A DNA stretch of 64,000 bases from Catajapyx aquilonaris. Taxonomy: Eukaryota. The stretch spans positions 62,001 through 126,000 of the forward strand of contig KZ538049.1 in the NCBI GenBank assembly GCA_000934665.2, read 5' to 3'. Shown piece after piece: positions 41,677 through 53,658 of this stretch. The notes under the pieces are model-generated. The model made no database searches, was not told the DNA's origin, and was given only the letters and a program-made list of their open reading frames with translations. A program made the position numbers and the translations under genes. The first letter of the stretch is position 1. Each line of letters opens with the position of its first letter.

Positions 41677-42090
41677 CCCTGGAACCGTGCCGTGCCTGAA
41701 AGTCACGGGAACCGTGCCGTGGGGTCTTTTAGGACCCCATGCCATATTTTAATTTTTATTAATTATTATATCCTCCTGACGCCCAGCGTACAGCCCTCTA
41801 GCCATTGGGTTTTATAATTTTTGAAAAAAATCTTTTTAGAAAAAAATGTAAAAATTTTTTTAAAAATAAAAAAATATTCTGGGCTTCAGGAGGATATAAT
41901 ACTTTTCAATGTATTGACTATATCATACAATCATTCTTTGAACAATGCCTAAAACGATCGCTAATTCAAAATTAACATGCCCTTCCTGTTATATACTTTT
42001 TTTAAATGGCAAACAATTCATTGTAATTTTAATTTTAATGCATTTTAATTCCTTTGGGGTCCGAAAAGACCCCACTGCACGATTCCAGGG
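41677..42090. mobile_element. piggyBac-like MITE
   Basis: CCCTGGAACCGTGC...GCACGATTCCAGGG|TTAA, with subterminal palindromic TGGGGTC(T)n.GGACCCCA motifs. The left TTAA is degenerate. Confidence 0.75.
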
Positions 42091-42239
42091 TTAAACACTC
42101 CTACAATAACTACCTGAAAGGCACGTCAGATTTCCTAAAAAGATGATTTACATTTCGTGTGGTTTAATTACAAAAAATAAATTATTGCATTTGTATAATT
42201 TCTGCATTACTTCTTGTAAAAGGTCAGAACTGTTGTTAA

Positions 42240-43235
42240 CCCCTTCACTACCCCATAGGCCCGAACCACACAGATTTTGGCTTATGCATACTCCGAAGAT
42301 ATGCACAAGATACTTTACAAATAATAACAGCTTTACTTACCCGATCAAGGAAAACACTATGAATGCATCTGGAACAATTTTACTCGTCTAGAAGTCCCTA
42401 AATTAATTTCCAAAAACAAGGCTATAAAAACTCGAAATTAGAGTAAGATACTTAATAATTGATATCAAGGAGGTTGGCCCAGCATTGCCTTTCAACCTTT
42501 AAGGATAGGGAAGGAAGGAAGCGGCTGTGGCCTATTATACGGAAGCGACCCCGGAATTATCCTAGAAAGACCGTGGAAAACCACAGAAAACCACGGTCAA
42601 GGTTGCCGGCCCTGGGATTAGAACCCAGGACCTCCCGATTAGCAGTCGGAGCCTTATCCACTATGCCAACCTGCTTCGGTGAAATTAGAGTACTGCCGAT
42701 CAACTGTTAAGCTGATTAAATTATGAAATGCATGAAAATATGCGGAATAAGAATCTTGAGAACCATGCTAGACAATATTTGCTGAAATCGTCGTACTTTG
42801 CGAGAAATAAGTTAATACTTATTTGCGGCATTCTGGCACTTCGAAAACTCCCAAATTGATTTGCTTCTCGTGAAGTGCCAGAAAGCCGCAAATAAGTATT
42901 AATTTATTTCTCGCAAAGAACGACCATTTCAGCAAATTGTCTGGGATGGTTCTCAAGGTTGTTATTCCTCATATTTTCACGCATTTCATAATTAAATCAG
43001 CTTAACAGTTGGTCGGAAGTAGGCCTACTCATATTTCGAGTTTTTATAGCCCTGTTTTTGTAAATTAATTTAGGGACTTCTAGATGAGTAAAATTATTCC
43101 AGACACATTCATAGAGTTTTCCCTGACCAGGTCAGTATAGCTGTTATTTATTTTTTGCAAAATATCTTGTGCGTATTTTCGGAGTACGCGTAAGCCAAAA
43201 TCTATGTGGTTCGGGCCTATCTGGAAGTGAAGGGG
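42240..43235. mobile_element. piggyBac-like foldback element with a SINE inserted in the left arm
   Basis: TTAA|CCCCTTCACT...AGTGAAGGGG|TTAA. Arms are complementary almost to the centre (about 42855). Confidence 0.9.
42446..42680 (-). mobile_element. tRNA-derived SINE family C
   Basis: Reverse complement of 52942-53231. 12-bp TSD GAAATTAGAGTA at 42434-42445 and 42681-42692. Confidence 0.88.
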
Positions 43236-45864
43236 TTAATGATGTTAGTGTTGCAAAGTTACTTGAACGTTTTAAGTATTTTTTTCTCATTTTTAGATTG
43301 AGTATGTGATTTGCCACTTTAGTCACAGAAGTGCTGGAATAAGAGGATCATGCCTTGTCTGTGGGGAGATGATGGGTCAGGGGCTACTGGTAGTATGAAA
43401 GGCTGAAAGCACATATATTCAGGGAAAATAACTTTTATTGTATTTTTGCATATAAGATACAGGGTGATCTTTTGAGAAATTTTTTGGGGGTGGGGATGGG
43501 GGTGAGGGTGAGGGATGTGTCTTATCGTCTTATATGCCATCAAATATGGTAATTGGACCCTCGAACAAAGTGACCAGGTCCTGTGGGGCTGAATGGGTGG
43601 GCTGGTGGCATGTCCTTATCTGTCATTCTTTGAGTTCCATGGTGGTTACTCTCAAGGAATCCTACCCTAGATAAAGTCAGATATGACTTAACTCTGCAAG
43701 AGAAAATAAAAGGCCTGGGGTGGAACCCGGGACAACCCGGGACCCTCCCATTTGTGGTGCCACTCTGTCTGCCCCATCACCAGATACACACATGTACTAC
43801 TATTGCTCACATAAGCCTACTGGGACAGCACTTGACATGACACATCCTGATTGTTTGTTTGAGTGGGAAGGAGCCAAAACAACTAAGTGACCCGGCTATT
43901 AGAATATACATCGATGGGCTACTGTAGATGGAGACAAAAGCGAAGAATAAAAAGAAGGCAGAAAAGACCGGTATAATTTTTTGTCTGTCTCCTATCCAAC
44001 CAAGTCCCTTCCAGCTTGGGTGATCCTGCAAGTATGCATAATAAATACTTAAACAGAGTCAATATGAGTGATAAAACAGGAATTGAGGGAGGTTCCACGT
44101 GGGTGACACACTTTCCGAGGGGGGTGTCTGGCCTTTCGTGATTGTGTTATATGGGGATTGGTGGTAGTAAGAGAAAAGTCAAGCGGCAGCATGAGAAACG
44201 TTTGAATGACATTTAAGGCGGGGATAAAGAGAATTTGTACCTTCTTCGAGTCCCAATGGGGAAGTAGCCTTCATTTTGGAAACTACATAATAAATTCGCC
44301 CACATTTTTTGGATATTTTTGGCGTATTCCGTTTCAAGATATCAGTTCCAGTTCCGGAGTAATTGGGGTTTTTATGTAGGCTACTGGTGACGCCACTGTC
44401 AGCCTAGAAAATGTTGACGTCACGCGAAGTGAAATGAACGCAAAAATGGTGTTATAGAACGCGCCCCGTCATTGTCGTAAAATGCTTCGCTGTTGTTAGC
44501 AACCGTCCCATTCCGTGAGCAAGATAGCGGCCGGGGCGCGTATTTATTCCAGGCCGCTCAAGCCGCTTTGCACATGGCAGTGATGCCAACTGGTAGGAAT
44601 TATCTGTCACCCGAATTCGGCACATTGAGGTCCCTTTTCTCCACCTCGATGGCCTACATCCGCCTTGCAAATGCTTTCCGTCGTGTCCGCGGTTAATTCA
44701 AAGTCAAATTCCTCATATCTCGCAGTCAACCAGGCATTTCAGTGCACCCTTTCGATTGGCACCACCCGGCTCCGGCGTTTTTCCCGCCAATTTTGAAGGC
44801 ACTTTTAAATGTGCCGTAATTTATCCAGTAATGTCATTTTGATGCAACAAAGTGATGGAATGTATGTTTACAGGCATGGGCTAGCTAGTTATGAACAAAA
44901 ATCCCAAATCCCAGACCAAGGCTAGTTCCCCATTCTGGCCAAGAGGCGAAACTTGATGCCACCCTCCCTACATAAAAGAATGGTTGTGGTTGCGGTTGTA
45001 CATTCCCTCTAGACACAATAAAACCCCCTAAAATTCAGGTTCTCCCAACTGCTAGTAGTTCTCAAAAGTGGTAGCGCGAGTGAACAAATCAGTCAAATTT
45101 TGACAAAATTATTATTTGCGGAAAGGCTGTAGCTAAACATAAAAATCGGGTCCATAGGTCAGCACAAATTTTTGGCGCATTCTTTGGTGCTTGTTGTGAC
45201 ACCACTTAAAATTTTGCACCAGTGTAAATTACTTCCGCATTCACAACTGATTTAAAAAACACTATATTAATATGTGAAAAATACCACAAACATGTGTAAT
45301 AGAGGGGTCAGTTACACTCAGGTAGAAAAAATTAATTCTCTGCTATTGTTAGTTAGTGAGAATTTTACTTCAAAATTCTGTTTATCCCCCCCCCCCCCNN
45401 NNNNNNAATGGAATTTCATAGCAATCTCTCAATCCTTGCTTATTAATGACACACACCTCAGGGACTATTATCTTCGAGACTTTTGTAAACATGACTTACA
45501 TCACTGATCATGTCCAACTGTACTGAACACATTTGAATACAGCAGTAAACTGAAGCAGTCTTATCAAATATAATCCAAAATGAATACTCCCATCACAATT
45601 ATGTCAAATTTTTTTCTTAGCTATATCAAAACTCTTATAAAGGAATCAAGGCTATGTGCATTCCCAATGCATTTAATGAAATATTTACAACCCTAAAAAT
45701 GGAAACATACCAGAATCTCCACTAATAAATTTTTATAAAATCTTTATTGAGCAAAGAATTACACAAGAGAATTGTGCCAGTCAACTTTCTGCATAAGATC
45801 ACAAATTCTGATCCTGCATAATGTGCACAACATGCGCAACTAAAATAACAATGGCAGACAATTT

Positions 45865-48800
45865 TCACTTACTCTTGACATCCTTTTCTGAGGTAGGTAC
45901 TAAATCAGTACCTTCAGAGTGAGACTTGTAGGAATACTTATGCATTGTCAAAATATCTACTTGTGTTTCAAAGTCACTTCGTAAATCTTTCAGATTTGCT
46001 TGGTATCGGTCCTCAAGTTTCTGGACATATGACTGAAGAGGTTCTGTTTCTGACATCTGCGTCTCTGGGGTATGGTTCGAGTTTGAAGAAGGTACTTCAC
46101 CTGCACCAAATGCAGTCCCTAAGTCTATGTCTACCAGGAACCTTTCATAAGACTCCTTCACATTTAGAACAATTTCCATGTATGCGTTCTCCAGTTTTTC
46201 ATAACTTTCCTTGTATGATAGCACTTTCTCAGCAGCATCCTTCTTACATGCTTTCAGACTCAACTTCATCTGCTGATACTTACTCTCTGTCTCTGCTAAT
46301 TTGCATTTGTTAGAAGCCTGGATCTGCCTTAGCATATGTACCTCATTACCCCATTTCTCAATGAGGTGAAGCACATCAGGCCACTGTGATGGAAGGGGGG
46401 TGATAGTTGGATTTCGGCCTGTCTGACTGCAGCTAACTTCTGTTTCAGAGGCCCCAGACATGGCCTGAAGCAGCTGAAGTATCTGAGCATTCCGTTCGTG
46501 AAGCAGCTTGATTTCTGCCTCCCGAGCACTTGTTACCTTCATGGCTTTGATGAAAGACACAATATCCTTGTTGTGAGTTGCCTCAGTCTCTATCAGCCTC
46601 TTCTTCAATAAGGCAATAGTACTCAAGAGTACTGCATTCTGCTTTTGGCATTTTCCCAGGTCACATTTCAGCATTGTTTCTGGCTCTACTTTGTCAGATA
46701 AGCTGGCACCTCCTGAAGTCAATGGCAGGTCACCTTCTACAACTGACACACCTACTGACACTTGGTTGTTCCTCGGTTTCCATTTCTGGTGACACAGTTC
46801 AAGTTCTGTCTCAAATTTCTCAACAAGGGCTTTCTGAAATGTTACATAAACTGTCACTGTGGGAATTCCAGAAAACCTGTGTGGAAGCCTACCTTGTCAA
46901 GCTCAACTTGCTTATGGAATTCAGCCAACTGTTGACCTTTTTCTTTCCGAGCATTTTCCAATTCAAGCTTATACTTCGAGGTCAAATCATCATGCAACCT
47001 TCTCATTTCCTCCTGACTAGAAAGTTCTTCTTCCATTGATGCTGGTCTTTTGGTGGCATCTTTTTGCATTGAACACTTGCTTTTCCAAATTTGAACTTCA
47101 TCACTAAGCTTATTGCGCTCCTTCATCAAAGTCACGAGTTCCTGAAATCCAAACATATATCACCATAGAATAGGAATGAATGACAAAATAATTAAAAGTA
47201 CCTATGGCTCTGACTACTCATAAAGAGGTACTCCAAATATACACAATGTCCACAAAGAAAGAATTAAGTTTCAATTGGAGAATGGTGACTACTAAAAGAT
47301 TACTCTGGTCAGCTAGCTAATATTGAGATTTAGTTTCCCATCCAATCTTGTGCAGATTATGTGCAAGATTGCCACTGGGGTAAGCAGGTGGAAAAAAAAG
47401 AAGATAGCATCAAATCTCCAGGACAGATGTAGATTGTGTCACGCAAGATACACAATCACAGCATTCTCATATTGTTACTGGTTGTGATTTACAAACGGCT
47501 GCCAAGGTTTGCATGACTGTAGGCGTGAATATCAACAGCTTTCAAGGCACATTACACGCTCATGCAAGCTTATGGTGCTTTTAAGATTTTCCTGGGCAAA
47601 ACAAACTTGACTTTCCAAGTAGGAAAAAAAGCTCGCGACTCTAACAGATCATGGCCCACCAGTGCCTGCCAGTTTTGTGATCAATTTCACATTGTCTAGT
47701 GATGTCATATCATTTAGTTCGTGCCACTGGTTCACTCACACAAATGTGGTAAAATTTGGGCCAATATGAAACTCTTATGGTGAACATCCCTGTGGGTGGA
47801 TTCACAAAAGAGTGCAATTTTACATGGCGGACGTGATTTACATCATGTAACTTTACGCTGCCCTTACACCTGATTTAAGCTTCCTATCTCCGGAGGTGTA
47901 AAGTGATTCACAAACCGGAGCAGCACTCTGTGTAAGGGGGGCACAAGTGTAAAAGTAACGTGTCATGTAACGGGGCTCGTTATTGGCTGCGTTGGGAGAT
48001 GGCCACCCGAACCCACCCAGAACCCACCCTACCGCCAACATAGCGGAAGGTAAAGATACTACGGGAAGGTGGGGAGTCTTTGGTGGAAGACCTGCAAATT
48101 GTGGGCACTCGGCTGAAATTAAAAAGGGAGACCAACTAGTTTATTAAGGGAGACGTCCGCTCAAGGCTGCCACCTCGCCGGATTGTCTGTGGGCAACCCA
48201 GACTTCGGATGTATTCCCCTATTCCCACTCCTTACCCGAGCTAACCAAATAAGCTATCCGCAGTCAGGCAAAGCTGGCCGAAACTATATTGATTTGTCTG
48301 TGCCAAGGGGTAAATCACTCGGAAGTTGAGTGTACAACGGACTTGCAAAAAGCCGGACTTGGTGCTTACTGTACAACGAACTTGACGAGTGATTTACCCC
48401 TCGTCGTCTGCCAGCAGCAAGTGTCGTCGCGTCGGCCCGCGGATTTTACGTCGTGAGTAGGCCTATCCATGGCTGGCCTGTAATGAGGGGGGCCACATGC
48501 GATCCCGGATTATTGGGGGAAAGGCGGGGTGAGGCCTATCTTCGACTTCTAGCTCTGGCCCGAAAAGGAGCCAGTCATCGGGCATGTCACTTCTCCCACT
48601 TACACCTCCTCCCGAGCAGGCGTAGAGTTCTGCTTGGTTGTAAGTAGTTGTGCTCCTGTGTGAATCCAACTCGCAGTGCCACCCCTCCGGTGGCGAAAAA
48701 GTGAACTGAACTTGCGCTATGTATCTTATTTGTGCCCCTTCGTGAATCCTTCCCTTGATTTTAACATTTTCCTGAGAGTGAATCACTGAGGGAAACCTAA

Positions 48801-51800
48801 TCACTATTACACTAATTACGTAGTAGAACATGAAATATTGCACTTCTATTATATTATATGTGAATCTGTAAAATCCCACATTGCAAAGAGTGAGGTGACC
48901 AAATCCAGTCAAAATCAAAATTTATGTCCTATTTCCAGGGTGTTTGATCTGGACCTGTATGATTGTCACGAAAGAGTTTTCATTGTGTTTAAAGTTTAAG
49001 TTCCTAACATCAGTCCCCCTAAAAGGGCCCTGCCCTCCAATGGGGTAAAATAAATAAAAAATAAAATAAATAAATAAAACACCTCCTGTCGTCATTTTAT
49101 AGGACCCATTCTAGGATTCAGTTCACTCTGGGCACCAATAATTTTTAGTGGAAGCTGTTCCTAATTATACAGGGTGAAGGGAAACTCGCGGACAATCACC
49201 AGGTAAAACTTATAGCACTTGCAAAACTAATACGGGGATGTGCAATTAGTTTTTGGCTCTGTTGCGTAGTTAATGCAAACGGCGACCTTAAAGGGTAGAG
49301 GGCCGGATGGTAAAATATGAGGTAAAAACGACAAAGTGCACGGGTGTCGTCCCCGGATTCTTACTCGGACGGGATTTGATCGCCTTTTGCACATGGACGA
49401 TGTGTTAGGGGACCAAGGCAAGGGATCGGAGGCCCTTGAACTGACTTTTGCTTCTTAGAAGCTGGCTGAATGGATGGAACGCATTACCTTACTATGCAAC
49501 GGAGCCCAAAACTAATTGCACATCCCTATATTAATTTTATGAGTACTGTCAGTCTTCCTGGCAATTGTCTGTGAGTTTCCCTTCACCCTGTATTAGATGA
49601 AAAGAGAAATTCACTTTTTCAATATCAGTTCCCAGAGTTGTGAAAACCAGAGCTTGCACTTCTTTTTGCACGTGAAAAGGCCACAGAAAGTGCCAGGACC
49701 CTTCCAGATTTGTATTTTAATTTTTATGAAAAATGTAGGTGAACCCCAATTCATGATTCACTAAACCTTTACTGTAATGAAATTAGAATGTGCACATTCA
49801 TTTTTCCCTATTGTATTACCGAATATGATGCATTGCCACATTGTGCAATAACCATTGATTTGATTAAAAATCAGTTTCAGTGAGCTCTGTGTGGCTAAAA
49901 AATTGGGCATCATCTAATATTACCATCAAAAATTAATATTAAAATCATGCAAGTGACCTCGGAGCATTTTTACAGCACTAAAAATTTGCACATTAACAAG
50001 TTTTCACAACTCAGACAAGTTATTGAAAAACTGAATTCCACCTTTTCATCAAAAATTACAAGAGGAATCCTTTGAGAATATTGCACAATTGCAGGTGTCA
50101 GCTCCGGTTGCACCACAGCGAGGAAATTATCCAGCCAAACATAACTTTTTGGAAGAAGTGAAATCAGCCCTCATATTACACTTTTCATAACTCAGAATTG
50201 CTGCATAAAAAACTGTTTGTAACTTTCTCATCTATTAACTAGAACCACTTCTATTAAAAATTACCTGTAGCTATGACATAACCCTGGGACACTTCTTTTG
50301 CTTAACAAAATCTAATTTTATGAGAAAATGCGGTAATAATATATTAACTTACACTTTGCAACTGTAAAACTGTATCACCACAGATTCCACGCTTCCTCTG
50401 ATCACTCATCCAATCACTCTTGGCTTTTGCAACTGCTTGTTGTACTATCTGTGCTTCTTTTTGGGACCACTCATCCTTCATCTTGTTTTCAGAATCTTGT
50501 ATGTGTTTCTTAATCCGGGCCATACTCCTCTTACGCCACTTCATTTTTTCTGAAAACAACGTTTATGGCATGTGCACATTATTGTACTACAGCCAATATC
50601 ACTAAAAGCTCATTACCTTCTTCCAATCTATCAGCAACAGTTTGCTGAACACCCTCCGTCAGTTGAATAATTTCCTTTTGCAGTGCAGCATTTTCTTTGC
50701 CCAATTGCTGAATTTTGTTTGTGGCCTCCTCTAAACATTGGCACCCTAAACAGAATGTGACTTACACAATGTTATGCACACATGCATAACCTTCTTACGC
50801 TACTGGAAAGTAGTAATTTACCTTCACATCTCTTTTGTTCTGCTTGAGCAAGAGTTTTTATTTGCTCCTGGGGTGAAGCATCAGCTTCATGTAACTGTTG
50901 AATCAAAACTGCCTGCTTCTTTAATTCTTCTCGCTCATTGTCTTCTTTGATTCCAAGACGAGTAAGTTCTTGTTACCATGCAAAAGATTTGTTGGGTTAA
51001 GTAAGAAAACAGAGAGATTGCTCACTGTGACATTTCAGCTTACCAGCATACAGTTTGTCAGTGACCTGCTGTTCCATATCCAGAATTAGTTCTTGAATGC
51101 GAATATTTAAGTCTGCATTTTCTAATCGAAGGTTCTCCAAGTCCTCGGTTTCACCCTGTCCTAGTCTGGAGCTCAATCGTTTGTCAACTTTCTCCTGTGG
51201 TGTCCCTATACGAAAGTATGCTCATCAGTATAATAGTAATATTAAAGTTAAAGTTATGAATATGATGATAGAGGACATACTACTCACTAAACCCACAATT
51301 TTCTTTCTAACTTTTGAAATAATCAATATACAGGGTGGTCAGCAAATGGTGCACAAGCTTCAGGTAGCGATATTCATTGTGAAAAACCAGCATAAAGAAG
51401 TGAATGAATGTCCTATTGCTCTACGATGCATGGTTAGGGCTCATGAGGCCTCCAAAGTTTGGGCCAAATTATGACGTCACATCCGCCCACGAAATTCAAA
51501 CACTACCGTATCGCTACTGTATGCAGTGTGTTGCCATGTTGACATCCCCCACATTTCCACTCAACAATGGAACTGTATAAACTTGCAGGGACGTTGCCAG
51601 CATTGCCATACCGTCGTCCGCACTAGTTTATACGGTTCCATTGTTAAGTGGAAATGTGGGGGATGTCAACATGGCAACGAACCACAGACAGTAGCGAAAC
51701 GGTAGTGTTTGAATTTCGTGGGCGGATGTGACGTCATGATTTGGCCCAAACTTTGGAGTCCTCGTGAGCCCTAACCAGGCATCTTAGAGCAATAGGACCT

Positions 51801-53622
51801 TCACTTCCTTATATTGGTTTTCCACAAGGAATCTCGCTACCTGAAGCTTGTGCACAATTTACCAACCACCCTGTATATTTTTATAATAATAATATAATGG
51901 ATACCCCGTGGGGATCATCTTTTGAATACCCGACTTTAATCATTTGCCTGTAATGTGATGGATTTTGATAGTGGGAGGAAATGGGAGAACCCCGAGAAAA
52001 CCCACGCGAACACGGAGAGAACCCATAGAAACTAATATCCACATAAGTATCCTCCGTCCGACCCGGGGATCGAACTCGGGACCTTAGAGGTGGAAGGCTG
52101 CGGAGCTAACCACTCGGCCACCATGTCGCCCTACCACCCTGTATATTAATAAACTTATTACAGAGAGGTGAAGTGGCGCTGGGGTAACGTACGCGCCCAC
52201 GGATGTTAACCCTTAACTTACGTCACTTAGCCATGCTTAACTGGTATCGTGGGGTCCTTTTTGGACCCCACATCGTTTTTTTTCGATTACAAACTTACAT
52301 TAACAAAACCATCAAAATATAAATGCTTTCTAAATTCGGCCGGGACTATAAGTGACAGATTTTTAAAAAATTTGACCTCCTCTGACCCTAGGTTGACTCA
52401 TGAGGCGCTGTTTACTGTTTATCCGTATCCCACGTGACCCACCCAGCAGCTGTAATGGCAGTCTCCTTATCATGTGGCAGAGCTCAAACTGGATCTGGTT
52501 GACTAACGCTTGACTTCCTGTTGGTGTGAATCTGTGTATAGCGGAATCGCATAGAACCATAACATTTTTCGTAATGGACAGGTTTCCTTTACATTCGACA
52601 TGGAATTCATGTACTGTGGATAGGCACATTCCCAGGAAAAATTCAGCAATGGACAAGTTTCCGTTATACTCAGGGTCCGTTAAGGACAGGTTTCACTGCA
52701 TGTACAATACTATACATGGATAATTCTCCTTTACACATGTCTGATTTTTTATGCTTGCTACATCATAAATTTACCGTGTCTACTTAGGGTCGGAAAAAAC
52801 TGGTCTCTAACTTGCAACGTGGGGTCCTCTTTGGACCCCAAGACGACTTGTGAACGTTTAAATGACGTTAACTCCCTTTAGAATTTTTTTTCGTCGCTCA
52901 TAATTTTTTACAGGTGTCAAAGAGCATATTTCAGGAATATAACCGAAGCAGGTTGGCATAGTGGATAAGGCGTCCGACTGCTAATCGGAAGGTCCTGGGT
53001 TCGAATCCCGGTGCCGGCAACTCTAACCGTGGTTTTCTGTGGTTTCCCACGGTTTCTCTAGGAGAATTCCGGAGTTGTTTCCTAATAAACAGGCCACAGC
53101 CGCCCCCTTCCTTTCCTATCCTCTCCCAAAGAGCAATAAGTAAAAATGCAAGCAAAGAGTTCCAGACAAAACAAAAATTCCCCCCTAAAGAGCCGCCGGC
53201 TGATAACGGGGTATGAATTATTATTATTATTATATTTTAGGAATATAGGTGTGGGAATTTTAATTTTGACAAAAACATGCTTCAAGGTGGTGACAAGTAT
53301 ACCCTGGGGTCCGAAAAGGACCGCACGTTGCAAGTTAAGGGTTAAGGTCCCGGGTTTGATCCCAGCCCGGGGACACCTCCTTCATCTCGTGCAGAGTTGG
53401 GCAGTCTCTGGCTTCGTCTTGGGTGGTATTTCCGATAAGACGAGCCACCCGGGGGAGATCACAAAACAACATTAGCAACGACATTGCACTGCACCTTGCA
53501 CATCCCCTCCTGTCATCCCGCCTATGGGCCCGGGGCTTCAATGAATAAGCACCAATAATTTACCATCAAAATAAAGGTCCATGTGATATACCCCCATGTG
53601 GGCGTGAAAGCACTATCCCAGG

Positions 53623-53658
<36 letters not shown>

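Larger units (their letters stand above)
52210..53341. mobile_element. piggyBac-like non-autonomous element
   Basis: TTAA|CCCTTAACTT...AAGTTAAGGG|TTAA. Subterminal GGGGTCC(T)nGGACCCC motifs as in 41677-42090. Confidence 0.85.
52164..53652 (+). mobile_element. SINE (family B-related) split by a nested piggyBac-like element
   Basis: A-box half at 52164-52209 and B-box half (GGTTTGATCCC) from 53346. Shares ACGACATTGCAC...CCTTGCAC with family B. (ATT)n tail. TSD ATTAATAAACTTAT(T/A)ACAG at 52145-52163 and 53653-53671. Confidence 0.8.

Noticed and set aside
43486..43514. G-quadruplex-capable tract
   Set aside because: Simple low-complexity sequence with no contextual support.
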